Shown here one piece after another: positions 8,906-20,322 of a stretch of 45,283 bases of DNA. Position 1 is the first letter of the stretch. Every line of letters begins with the position of its first letter. A program made the translations under genes and the position numbers. A model generated the notes under the pieces. The model was not told where the DNA came from. It was given only the letters and a program-made list of their open reading frames with translations, and did no database searches. This DNA comes from Candidatus Hydrogenedentota bacterium (GTDB lineage: Bacteria; Hydrogenedentota; Hydrogenedentia; Hydrogenedentales; SLHB01), in NCBI GenBank assembly GCA_029974275.1, contig JARKSN010000169.1:1-45283 (forward strand). The letters are read 5' to 3'.

Positions 8906-8943
8906 GGGGCTCGCGCGGGACATGCCGTGCGAGCCCCATTTTT
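8906..8943 (+). terminator. Hairpin plus U-tract between gap and pgk (partial terminator or stabiliser)
   Basis: ggggctcgcgcgg / ccgtgcgagcccc stem followed by attttt. Confidence 0.6.
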
Positions 8944-9031
8944 CGATCGAGATGGACGCGATACACCGGGCAGCGATGCCCTGTTTATCCCATTCATTTC
9001 AGACTGGTCACAGCGAAAGGGAATACGGATT

Positions 9032-10267
9032 ATGAACAAGCTGACGCTCGACAAGTTGGATGTCAACGGCAAGCGCGTGCTGATGCGCGTGGACTTCAAC
9101 GTGCCGCAGAACGCGGACGGCACGGTGCGCGACGATACGCGCATCCGCGCAGCCCTGAAGAGCATCAACTATGTCCGCGAAAACGGCGGGATGCTGATCC
9201 TCATGTCGCACCTGGGGCGCCCGAAAGACCCCAAGAAAGCCGAGACGCCGGAAGAGGCCGCGAAGATCGTCGCCAAGAATGAAACCCTGACGATGGGACC
9301 GATCGCGGATCGCTTGCGCGAGTTGGTGGGCGGCAATGTGACGAAGTTGGATGCGCTCGTGGGACCCGAAGTCTCGGCGGCGGTTGCGGCGATGCAGCCT
9401 CGCGACATCATCGTGCTCGAAAACACGCGCTTCCACAAAGGCGAGACAAAGAACGACCCCGAACTGTCGCAACAGCTGGCCAAGCTTGGCGACGTCTACG
9501 TGAGCGACGCATTCGGTTCGGTCCACCGCGCGCACTGTTCGACGGAAGGCGTGACGGCATTCATTCCCGGCCCGTCCGCGGCGGGTTTCCTGGTTGCAAA
9601 AGAAATGGAATATTTTGGCCGCGTGCTGAACGAACCGGCCCGTCCGCTGACGGCCATCTTGGGCGGCGCAAAGGTGTCGGACAAGATTCCCGTGATCGAC
9701 AACCTGCTGAACTTGGTCGATTGCCTCATCATCGGCGGCGGCATGGCCTTTACGTTCCTGAAGGCTTTGGGACAAGAGATCGGCGACTCTCTTCTAGACG
9801 AGGGCGGCATCGAGGTTGCCAAATCCGCGATGGCAAAGGCCAAGGAGAAGGGCATCGAATTGCTGCTCCCGGTCGATACGGTCGTCGCAGACGCCTTCTC
9901 GCCGGACGCCAATGCAAAGGTTGTCGAAGCGGGCCAGATCGAGGCCGGTTGGCAGGGGTTGGATATTGGCCCGAAGACCATCGCGCTCTTTTCCGGCGCC
10001 ATCAAGAAGTCGAAGACAGTCGTCTGGAATGGCCCGGTGGGCGTGTTCGAAATGGAGAAGTTCGCGGCCGGCACGAAGGCCATCGCCAATCTGCTTGCCG
10101 AGACGCCGAGCGTGACCAGCGTTATTGGCGGCGGCGACACGGCGGCAGCCGTTGTGCAGTTCGGGCTGGAAGACAAGATGTCGCACGTATCCACCGGCGG
10201 CGGCGCGTCGCTCGAAATGCTCGAAGGCAAGGAACTGCCGGGTTTGGCGGCGTTGACGAACGCCTAG
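9032..10267 (+). CDS. pgk: Phosphoglycerate kinase
   Basis: RVDFNVP, SHLGRP, LENTRF, DAFG..HRAH, GGAKVSDK and HVSTGGGASLE motifs; start ATG 9032 (MNKLTL). Confidence 0.98.
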   Translation: MNKLTLDKLDVNGKRVLMRVDFNVPQNADGTVRDDTRIRAALKSINYVRENGGMLILMSHLGRPKDPKKAETPEEAAKIVAKNETLTMGPIADRLRELVGGNVTKLDALVGPEVSAAVAAMQPRDIIVLENTRFHKGETKNDPELSQQLAKLGDVYVSDAFGSVHRAHCSTEGVTAFIPGPSAAGFLVAKEMEYFGRVLNEPARPLTAILGGAKVSDKIPVIDNLLNLVDCLIIGGGMAFTFLKALGQEIGDSLLDEGGIEVAKSAMAKAKEKGIELLLPVDTVVADAFSPDANAKVVEAGQIEAGWQGLDIGPKTIALFSGAIKKSKTVVWNGPVGVFEMEKFAAGTKAIANLLAETPSVTSVIGGGDTAAAVVQFGLEDKMSHVSTGGGASLEMLEGKELPGLAALTNA

Positions 10268-10417
10268 ACGTTATATTGGGTGTCGCCGAGGCGCTGGGTA
10301 CGGCGCAGCGGTGAGGATAGAGAACGGAAGTCGAGAGGAAGCTACCTGCCCCTCGGGCGCGCGCAACACCGACGCCGCACTGGGAGTCAGGCGCATCGAA
10401 CAAGGAAAAGGTGAATC

Positions 10418-10687
10418 ATGAGCATCACGAAAGAAAAAAAGACCGCAGTCATCAAACAGCACGCAAAGCACGAAGGCGACACGGGTTCGGCGGACGTGCA
10501 GATCGCGATCCTGACGGAACGCATCAACACGTTGACCGAGCATTTCAAAGCGCACCCGAAAGACCATGCCGGCCGCCGTGGCCTCTTGATCCTGGTTGGG
10601 CGCCGCCGCCATTTGCTGAACTACCTGCGTGCGCAAGACCTCGAACGGTATCGCGCGTTGGTCCAGACCTTGGGACTGCGCAAGTAA
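10418..10687 (+). CDS. rpsO: 30S ribosomal protein S15
   Basis: [16 protein letters not shown]...H.KDH..RRGL...LGLRK, 89 aa, directly upstream of pnp. Confidence 0.98.
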   Translation: MSITKEKKTAVIKQHAKHEGDTGSADVQIAILTERINTLTEHFKAHPKDHAGRRGLLILVGRRRHLLNYLRAQDLERYRALVQTLGLRK

Positions 10688-10691
10688 TCTT

Positions 10692-10736
10692 CGTTCGACG
10701 AGGCGGCGGATCCCGCATACGCCGCCTCGCCGAACG
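10692..10736 (+). promoter_or_regulatory. Long hairpin between rpsO and pnp (terminator or RNase III-type processing stem)
   Basis: cgttcg-a-cgaggcggcg pairs with cgccgcctcg-c-cgaacg. Confidence 0.55.
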
Positions 10737-10830
10737 CGTTGTAATGATCTTCGACAGGAACAAGAGCGAACAAATCGCCGGAACGAAATGGGAGTCGTTC
10801 CACACACGAAAAGAAATGGAGTGAAACAGA

Positions 10831-13100
10831 ATGACAGAACGTCTCTCCGTACAAATCGGGGACGCCGAACTCTCCTTTGAGACAGGCAAAATAGCCCGGC
10901 AGGCCCACGGTCCGTGATGGTCACGCAAGGCGAAACCATGGTGCTGTCCACCACAGTGGTCGCGCCCGAGGCAAAGCCAGGCCAGGGCTTTTTCCCCCTC
11001 ACGGTCGACTACCGTGAAAAAAGTTCGTCCGCCGGCCGGATTCCGGGCAACTTCTTCCGTCGTGAAGGCCGTCCCACCGAACGCGAAGTGCTCATATGCC
11101 GCCTGACCGACCGCCCGCTGCGCCCCTTGTTCCCCAAGGGCTTTGTCAACGAAGTCCAAGTCTTCTCCACCGTCTTCTCCGCCGACAACGAGAACGACCC
11201 TGACGTGATGTCGATCAACGGCGCCTCCGCCGCGTTGCACATCTCGCAGATTCCCTTCAATGGTCCCGTCGGCGCGGTGCGCGTCGGCATGATTGACGGC
11301 CAATTGGTTGTCAACCCCGGCATATCGCAACGCCCGGACAGCCAACTCGACGTCGTTATCGCGGGTTCCAAAGACGCCATCATGATGGTCGAAGGCCGCG
11401 CCCAGGAACTCTCCGAGGAAATGATGCTCCAGGCGCTTGAATTCGGCCACAAACACATCAAGGATATCTGCGCCTGCATCGAAGCCCTTCGCGCGAAAGT
11501 CGGCGTTGAAAAAATGACGTTTGCCCCGCCCGCGATCGATCCCGCCGTGGTCGCCGACGTGGAAGCTCTCGCCAAGGACCGTTTGCGGCAGGCCCTGGGC
11601 ATTGCCGAGAAGATCACGCGCTACGAGACCATCGGCAACTTGCGTAAAGAAGTCGAGACGACCCTCTTGGCTCGATACGGCGAAGAAGCCATCGCCGACC
11701 GCGCGAGCGAAATCAACGAGGCCTACGACAACCTCGAAAAGAAAACGATGCGCGAACAGGTTGTCAAGGAAGGCCGTCGCATTGACGGACGCGACCACGA
11801 CACCGTTCGCCCGATCACCATTGAAGTCGGTTTTCTGCCGCGCGTCCATGGGTCGTGCCTGTTCACCCGCGGCGAGACCCAGGCCATCGTCACCACGACC
11901 TTGGGCACCAGCCGCGACGAACAGCGTCTCGATGAATTGACCGGCGAGGAATTCCGGCGTTTCATGCTGCATTACAACTTCCCGTCCTGGTCGGTCGGCG
12001 AAGTGCGCCCCGTCCGCGGTCCCGGTCGCCGCGAGATCGGTCACGGAAAATTGGCCGAACGCGCCATTGAAGCCGTGCTGCCCTTTTCGACGGCTACGGA
12101 TGGCACGGACGATGACAACAGCTTTCCGTACACGGTTCGCGTCCTGTCGGACATCACCGAAAGCAACGGTTCGAGTTCAATGGCGACTGTCTGCGGCGGC
12201 ATCCTGAGCTTGATGGACGCCGGCGTGCCCATCAAGGCCCCCGTCGCAGGCATCGCGATGGGCCTTATCAAAGAGGGCGACGACGCGTGCGTGCTGACCG
12301 ACATCATGGGCGCCGAAGACCACCTCGGCGACATGGATTTCAAGGTCTGCGGAACCGCCCACGGCATCACGGCGTTCCAGATGGACATCAAAATTCAGGG
12401 CATTACCAGCGAGCTGATGAAAAAAGCCCTGGATAAGGCCCGCACGGCCCGCCTGCACGTGCTGGACAAGATGATCGAAGCGCTCGAAAAGCCGCGCGCC
12501 GACATCTCCCCCTATGCGCCGCGCATCTACACCATCAAGATTGACGTCGATAAGATTCGCGAAGTCATAGGGCCCGGCGGCAAGGTCATCCGCGAAATTC
12601 AAGCCCAATCCGGCGCGGAGATCGAAATCGAGGACGATGGCACGATCAACGTCGCAGCGGTTAACCAAGAAAACGCCGAGAAGGCCATCGATCTCATCCG
12701 ATCGATCGTCGCGGTGCCGGAAGTCGGCCAAATCTACAAAGGCGCCGTAACCCGAATCATGAACTTTGGCGCCTTTGTCAGCTTGGTCGGCAGCAAAGAA
12801 GGTTTGGTCCACATTTCCCAACTTGCCCCATACCGCGTGAACGAAGTCACCGACGTCGTCAACGTGGGCGACGAAGTGCAGGTGAAAGTCGTCGAGATCG
12901 ACAAAATGGGACGCATCAACCTCTCCAAAGTCGAGGCGGAACGCGATCTCGGCCTTCTGAGTGAAGAGGACATGGCGCGCATGGACGAGGCCGCTTCGCA
13001 GGGAGGTCACGGGGGATCGCCCCGCAGCCATGATCGCGGACGCGGCGGCGATCGTGGCGGACGCCCTCCCCGTCATGGCGGCGGACGCGATCGGCGCTAG
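10831..13100 (+). CDS. pnp: Polyribonucleotide nucleotidyltransferase (PNPase), with an apparent 1-nt frameshift at about 10909-10911
   Basis: ATG 10831 gives MTERLSVQIGDAELSFETGKIARQAHG, then P-stop. The -1 frame continues SVMVTQGET...FFPLTVDYREK...RREGRP...SNGSSSMA...GDMDFKV, then KH and S1 domains. Confidence 0.93.
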
Positions 13101-13125
13101 CTTCTTTGGGCAAATCATACGACGC

Positions 13126-13156
13126 GAAAGGCCCTTCCGTTTAGGAAGGGCCTTTC
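13126..13156 (+). terminator. Terminator-like hairpin after pnp
   Basis: Perfect 13-bp stem gaaaggcccttcc / ggaagggcctttc. Confidence 0.7.
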
Positions 13157-13395
13157 CCTCGATCGGGGCGTCACATGAGCCGCGCGCTTCCGTTGGAACA
13201 GGGCAGACGGGTTGATTTCGAGAGCACGGGCTGATACAGTGCTTCCTACTGACGGCGTAACCTGCTGTACGAGGCGATCTTGGCGAGGTTTCATGCCGGA
13301 CCGGGGCGTGCGTTCGCAATATCCGGACACTTCAGAAAAACGTTGTGCCCCTGTTGCTCGCGCGTAGCGGTGAATTATACGAAAGCCGAACTATC

Positions 13396-14406
13396 ATGCA
13401 GACCCTACTATCCATCGTCACGCAACGAAAAGACCTCAGCCGCGAACAAGCGGCCGCAGGAATGCGTCTGCTCATGTCCGGCGAAGCCACACCGGCTCAA
13501 ATCGGCGCATTTCTCGCCGCCCTGCGAGTCAAAGGCGAGACCGTTGACGAGATCAGCGGATTTGCCGAAGTCATGCGCGAGATGGCCACCCCAATCACGA
13601 CCTGCCGCCGTCCGCTCGTCGACACCTGCGGCACGGGGGGGGACCACGCCGGAACCTTCAATATTTCCACCACAGCCGCTTTTGTCGTCGCAGGGGCCGG
13701 CGTTGCCGTGGCCAAACACGGCAATCGCAGCGCAACCAGCAAATGCGGCAGCGCCGATGTCCTCGAAGCCCTGGGCGTCAATATCGACGCCAGTGCGGGA
13801 AATGTAGGCCGGACCATCGACGCCATCGGCATCGGTTTTCTGTTTGCGCGCAACCTCCACACGGCCATGAAACACGTCGCCGCCGCACGACGCGAACTCG
13901 GTGTTCCGACGGTTTTCAACATCCTCGGTCCTCTCACCAATCCCGCCGGAGCATGCGGCCAGATCATCGGCGTATTTGATATCGAGCGGGTGGAACTATT
14001 GGCATGCGTCCTCAAAAATCTGGAGACTCGCCATTCCTTCGTCGTGGCGGGCGCGGATGGCCTGGACGAGCTCACCTTGACCGGTCCATCGCACGTTGCC
14101 GAAGTCAAAGACGGGATCGTCCGAACCTATGAGGTGCGCCCCGAAGACTTTGGGTTCACGCGCGCATCCCGCGATCTCCTCCAGGGAGGCGAAGCGCGGG
14201 AAAATGCGGCAATGCTGCGCCGCGTGTTGGAAGGCGTTCCCGGTCCGCACCGCGATGTCGTGTTGTTGAACGCAGCCCCAGCGCTGGTTGCCGGCGAAGC
14301 CGCCTCCGATTGGCGCGAAGGCGTCGCGATGGCCGCGCGCGCGATAGACTCCGGCGCCGCACTGAACAAACTGGAAGAACTGACGCGAGCCTCCCATGAT
14401 TCTTGA
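13396..14406 (+). CDS. trpD: Anthranilate phosphoribosyltransferase
   Basis: DTCGTGGD, FNIST, KHGNRS..SKCGSADVLEALG. Confidence 0.97.
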   Translation: MQTLLSIVTQRKDLSREQAAAGMRLLMSGEATPAQIGAFLAALRVKGETVDEISGFAEVMREMATPITTCRRPLVDTCGTGGDHAGTFNISTTAAFVVAGAGVAVAKHGNRSATSKCGSADVLEALGVNIDASAGNVGRTIDAIGIGFLFARNLHTAMKHVAAARRELGVPTVFNILGPLTNPAGACGQIIGVFDIERVELLACVLKNLETRHSFVVAGADGLDELTLTGPSHVAEVKDGIVRTYEVRPEDFGFTRASRDLLQGGEARENAAMLRRVLEGVPGPHRDVVLLNAAPALVAGEAASDWREGVAMAARAIDSGAALNKLEELTRASHDS

Positions 14407-15178
14407 CGAAATATGCGCCCACAAGCGGACCGAAGTGGCCGACCGCAAACGCGCGACTCCGATCGCCGAAATACACGATCGCATCGCCGTTGCGCGTCCG
14501 CCGCGCGATTTTGACGACGCGGTGCGCCGTCCCGGCATGAGTCTCATCGCCGAGGTCAAGAAAGCGTCGCCCAGCAAAGGTTCTCTCCTCCACGGGGTCG
14601 ACCCGGTCAACCTGGCCTGTCTATACGAGGCGGAAGGCGCGCGCGCCATCTCGATCCTCACCGACGAGCGATATTTTCGTGGAAGTTTGGAAGACCTCGT
14701 GTCCGTGCAACAGGCGGTTTCCTTGCCGTGTTTGCGCAAAGAATTCATCATCGATGAATACCAGGTCTACGAGGCCCGCGCCGCCAATGCCGACGCCATC
14801 TTGCTCATCGTTCGCTGTTTGTCCGATGCGCAAATCAAGGAGTACATGGCGGCGGCGGCGCGCTTGGGAATGGCGAGTCTGGTCGAGACCCACGACGAGA
14901 AAGAGATCGAACGCGCGGTCAACGTCGGCGCACACATGATCGGCATCAACAACCGCGACCTGGATACATTCGAAGTCGACATCAACACGACCCTGCGCCT
15001 CAAAAATCATGTCCCCGGCGGCCATGCCTTGGTCAGCGAAAGTGGCATCCGCACGCGCGACCACGTTCGCATGCTCGAAGACGGCGGCGTCGACGCGATA
15101 CTCGTCGGCGAGACGTTGTTGACCAGCAGCAATATCGCCCAAACCATACGGGACTTGCTCGGCCTTGACGAAGGTTAA
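14396..15178 (+). CDS. trpC: Indole-3-glycerol phosphate synthase
   Basis: IAEVKKASPSKG, ISILTD..YF.GS, IGINNRDL, VSESGI. Confidence 0.97.
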   Translation: MILDEICAHKRTEVADRKRATPIAEIHDRIAVARPPRDFDDAVRRPGMSLIAEVKKASPSKGSLLHGVDPVNLACLYEAEGARAISILTDERYFRGSLEDLVSVQQAVSLPCLRKEFIIDEYQVYEARAANADAILLIVRCLSDAQIKEYMAAAARLGMASLVETHDEKEIERAVNVGAHMIGINNRDLDTFEVDINTTLRLKNHVPGGHALVSESGIRTRDHVRMLEDGGVDAILVGETLLTSSNIAQTIRDLLGLDEG

Positions 15179-15738
15179 AATATGCGGCATCACCAACCTG
15201 ACGGACGCCTTGGCAGCGTGCGAGGCAGGGGCCGACGCGATCGGGTTCAATTTCGCCATCGAGGCGAGGCCGAAGGGGCGTTACATCGATCCCGACGACG
15301 CGCAGCGAATCATCGAACAATTGCCGCCGTGGGTATACACCGTGGCCGTGTGCGTCAACGAGACGCAGGATCGCGTCACGGAGTTTCTGGAGTTTTGCGA
15401 TTGGGTCCAGTTGCACGGGGAAGAGCCCCCTGCCTTCTGCGAGCCGTTCGCCGATAGAGCCATCAAGGCCTTCCGCGCACGGCCTGGTTTCGATCCGAAC
15501 TGGATGTTTGAATACGCGACGAGGCTGTGTCTGCTCGACGCCTACGTGCCGGACATGCGCGGCGGGACGGGAAAAATGTGCGACTTGGCCCTGGCCCAGA
15601 AGGCCGTCGCCACAGGCAGGCCGTTGTTGCTGGCAGGGGGACTTACGCCCGAAAACGTGGGCGAAGTCGTCCGTACGGTGCGCCCCTTCGCGGTGGACGT
15701 AGCAGGCGGCGTCGAAAGCGGGCCCGGCGCCAAAGACC

Positions 15739-16976
<1,238 letters not shown>

Positions 16977-16980
<4 letters not shown>

Positions 16981-17777
16981 ACCGAATTGAAACCCGATTC
17001 AGCGAGTTGGCCCAACAGGGCAAGACGGCCTTCGTGGCCTATATCACGGCGGGTGATCCCGACCTCGACACGACGGCGGAAATCATCCTCGAAATGGGCC
17101 GTTGCGGCGTGGACGTCATCGAGTGCGGCGTGCCATTCTCGGACCCCGTCGCGGACGGCATCGTCATCCAAGAAGCGGCCCAGCGCGCCCTCGCGAAGGG
17201 TGCGTCGTTGCGCAAAATCCTGGCCATGCTCAAGGGCCTGCGCGACAAGACGGATGTGCCTATCCTGCTTTTCTCGTATTACAACCCAATCCTGGCGTAC
17301 GGCATCGAGCAGTTCGCCGTGGACGCCAAGGCGGCGGGCGTGGATGGCGTGCTGACGGTCGATCTGCCGCCCGAAGAAGCAGATTTCTACAAAAAATGCC
17401 TCGACGAGCAACACCTCGCGACGGTCTTTCTCATCGCGCCGACGAGTCCTCCGGAACGCATCAAGCTTATCGCGCGCATCTCGACCGGCTTTGTCTACTA
17501 CGTGTCGCGCACCGGCGTGACCGGCGTGCGTCAGGACGTGGAAGCGTCTGTCCATGGCGCGTTGGACGAAATCCGGAAACACACAAACAAACCCATCGCC
17601 GTCGGCTTCGGCATCAGTACGCCCGAACAAGCGACGGAAGTCGCCGGATATGCGGACGGCGTGGTCGTCGGCAGCGCGATCGTGCGACGGATAAGCGAGC
17701 TCGGTAAGGCGCCGGACATCGTTCAGAGAGTCGGCGCGTTCGTGAAGTCGTTAGTGGACGCGACAAAGGGAAAGTAG
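16977..17777 (+). CDS. trpA: Tryptophan synthase alpha chain
   Basis: [41 protein letters not shown]. Confidence 0.97.
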
Positions 17778-17872
17778 AAGCGACTTTGTGGTCTTTGTAG
17801 CGCCCGGTCTCTGTGCCGGGCGGTACGAGGCGACAAATTAATACGCGCTAACAGTTATGAAAGTTGGGGACG

Positions 17873-18727
17873 ATGAACGAACAAGTATTTCACACGGTAT
17901 TGTCCATTTTCGCGTTTGTGCTGGGCGGGATGGTCGGGAGTTTCCTGAATGTCTGTGTCTACCGTCTCCCGCGCAATCTCTCCGTGGTCAAGCCGCGGTC
18001 GCGATGCCCAAAATGCGAGAACTCCATCGCGTGGTATGACAACATTCCCATGGTGAGTTGGCTTCTCCTTGGCGCAAAATGCCGCCACTGCGGCGTTCCC
18101 ATCAGTTGGCAATATCCCCTCGTCGAGGCCATCACCGCCGCTCTTTTCCTCTTCGTGTATTGGCGCTTCGGAATAACCCTTGCCACGCCCGTATACATGC
18201 TCCTTTCCGCGTCGCTGGTTCTCGTCACGTTCGTAGACCTGACCGACTGGACCATCCCAAACGAAGTGACCTTCCCGGGAATTCCACTGGGCCTGGCCCT
18301 ATCTCTCGTGGCGATGTTCTATCCCGAAAGCAATCTACACGTGGAAGGAAACCTCCTCCCGGTATTCGATTCCCTGCTGGGCGTGCTGCTGGGAGGCGGA
18401 AGCCTCTATCTCTTGGACAAACTCAGCCTCGTACTCCTAAAGAAACGCGGGATGGGCTTCGGCGATGTCAAACTTCTGGCCATGCTGGGAGCCTTCTTCG
18501 GTTGGCCAAGCGTTATCGCGATCATCATGATTGCATCGATCATCGGCAGCATCGTCGGCATCGCCTACATCCTCTATCAAAAGACCAAAGGCGACACAGA
18601 AGACGCTCACTACCTTCCCTTTGGCCCCTATTTATCCGTTGCGGGATTGGTCGTCATGTTCTTCGGGCAACAGATTTTCAACTTTTACTTTGATTTTATG
18701 ATCGCGTCCCCACCGTCGATGATGTAG
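17873..18727 (+). CDS. pilD: Prepilin peptidase / N-methyltransferase (A24 family)
   Basis: GSFLNV..YRLP, two CxxC motifs (CPKC, CRHC), catalytic Asp motifs (VD, GMGFGDVKL), LPFGPYL. Confidence 0.95.
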   Translation: MNEQVFHTVLSIFAFVLGGMVGSFLNVCVYRLPRNLSVVKPRSRCPKCENSIAWYDNIPMVSWLLLGAKCRHCGVPISWQYPLVEAITAALFLFVYWRFGITLATPVYMLLSASLVLVTFVDLTDWTIPNEVTFPGIPLGLALSLVAMFYPESNLHVEGNLLPVFDSLLGVLLGGGSLYLLDKLSLVLLKKRGMGFGDVKLLAMLGAFFGWPSVIAIIMIASIIGSIVGIAYILYQKTKGDTEDAHYLPFGPYLSVAGLVVMFFGQQIFNFYFDFMIASPPSMM

Positions 18728-18753
18728 AGGTCAATCACCAGGAGGGCCACATC

Positions 18754-19929
18754 GTGCTGCGCTATCTCTCGGCGGGCGAATCCCATGGACGCGGCATTTT
18801 CTGCCTATTGGACGGATTTCCCGCAGGCCTGAAACTTCACGTCGACGATATCAACTTCTGGCTTGCCGAACGTCAAAAGGGCTATGGCCGAGGCGGGCGG
18901 CAACGCATTGAGAAGGATGAGGTCGACGTGCTATCCGGGATCCGCGCCGGCGTGACGATCGGAAGCCCCATTCTCTTGGCAGTCTGGAATCGCGATTACA
19001 AAAACTGGGAAGCGGCCATGCATCCGTGGAGTCCTTCCACAGGCGAGCGCGCCGCCAAGATCATCCAGCCGCGTCCCGCACATGCCGACCTGGTCGGGGC
19101 GATGAAATACGACCACGATGACTGCAGAAACGTTCTGGAACGCGCGAGCGCCAGGGAAACGGCAGCCCGTGTCGCAGCAGGCGCATTATGTCGTAAACTA
19201 TTGTCGGAATTTGGTGTTAAGATCGCAGCCCATGTGGTTCAAATAGGAAATGTCCTGGCGGATGTGGACAATGTGGATGATGAAGACGTTCATCCGTGTT
19301 CCATGACGTCCGAGGTGCGTTGCTGTGATGAAACTGCGGCAGCGGCGATGGTTGAGGCCATCAAAAAGGCCAAGCAAGACAAAGACACCCTGGGGGGCGT
19401 CGTCGAGGGACGCGCGTGGGGGCTTCCCCAAGGCCTTGGAACCTATACGCAATGGGACCAGAAACTGGATGCCCGCATCGCTCAATCCATGATGAGCATC
19501 CAGGCCGTCAAAGCCGTCGAAGTGGGGCTTGGTTTTCGAGGAATAGACCGTCCCGGCAGTCGCTTTCATGACGAGATATTCTACGCCGACGTTCCGCGAT
19601 GCGGCAGCCACTACCGACGATCCTCCAACAATCTTGGCGGCACGGAAGGAAGCATGACCAATGGCGAGACGGTGCTGATCCGCGTCGCGATGAAACCCAT
19701 CGCCACCCTCATGCAGCCTCTGCGAACGGTCAATATGGAGACCCACGAAGTCGCCGAAGCCGTCATGGAACGGAGCGACGCCTGCGCCGTTCCCGCCTTG
19801 GCCATCATTGTAGAGTCGGCGCTTGCGATCACGCTGGCGGAAAGCTTCATCGAGATGTTCGGTGGCGATACCGTCGACGCGATGAGGCGCAACATTGAAT
19901 CCTACTACGACAGGATTGAGAAACGTTGA
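18754..19929 (+). CDS. aroC: Chorismate synthase
   Basis: GESHG, GYGRGGR, PRPAHAD, ERASARETAARVAAGA, MKPIATL, ERSDAC; RBS aggagg, GTG start. Confidence 0.97.
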   Translation: MLRYLSAGESHGRGIFCLLDGFPAGLKLHVDDINFWLAERQKGYGRGGRQRIEKDEVDVLSGIRAGVTIGSPILLAVWNRDYKNWEAAMHPWSPSTGERAAKIIQPRPAHADLVGAMKYDHDDCRNVLERASARETAARVAAGALCRKLLSEFGVKIAAHVVQIGNVLADVDNVDDEDVHPCSMTSEVRCCDETAAAAMVEAIKKAKQDKDTLGGVVEGRAWGLPQGLGTYTQWDQKLDARIAQSMMSIQAVKAVEVGLGFRGIDRPGSRFHDEIFYADVPRCGSHYRRSSNNLGGTEGSMTNGETVLIRVAMKPIATLMQPLRTVNMETHEVAEAVMERSDACAVPALAIIVESALAITLAESFIEMFGGDTVDAMRRNIESYYDRIEKR

Positions 19930-20322
19930 CCCGCATCTCCCAGCCGCCTCGCTGAGATCTGTGCGAACTGCGGATGCCACGAATATGCCGTACGCTTTGG
20001 CATGCGCGATTTTGTTGTAACCAAACGACGCAATGCGACGTTTATCCAGAAGGATGTCCCTGCCCATAGGGTTTTCGCAAGGGCGCGTTGCGCTTTCCCC
20101 GCGAAGTTTGTTTTGTTCGATCGATCAGACGAGAAAATGCCATACTGTTGTGGTCGATGCGGAACGCTTCGTTCTCAAGAGAAGCCGTGCGCGTTGTTCC
20201 TGAATCCGCTATTTCTAAGGGCGGCTCGAAAGGATCGGAGCGGGCAAGCGTTGGAGATTCCAAACGGGAAGAATGAATCATCTGTCATGATTGTTGACGA
20301 AATGCCCCGGAAATCTTCGTGG

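Noticed and set aside
13160..13395. Classical trp attenuator or complete T-box
   Set aside because: The short ATG-started ORFs contain no Trp codons, and there is no UGGNACC antiterminator or U-tailed terminator before trpD.
20002..20286. Long N-terminal extension of the TolC ORF
   Set aside because: The lipoprotein signal lies about 100 codons downstream, so the upstream part is probably intergenic.
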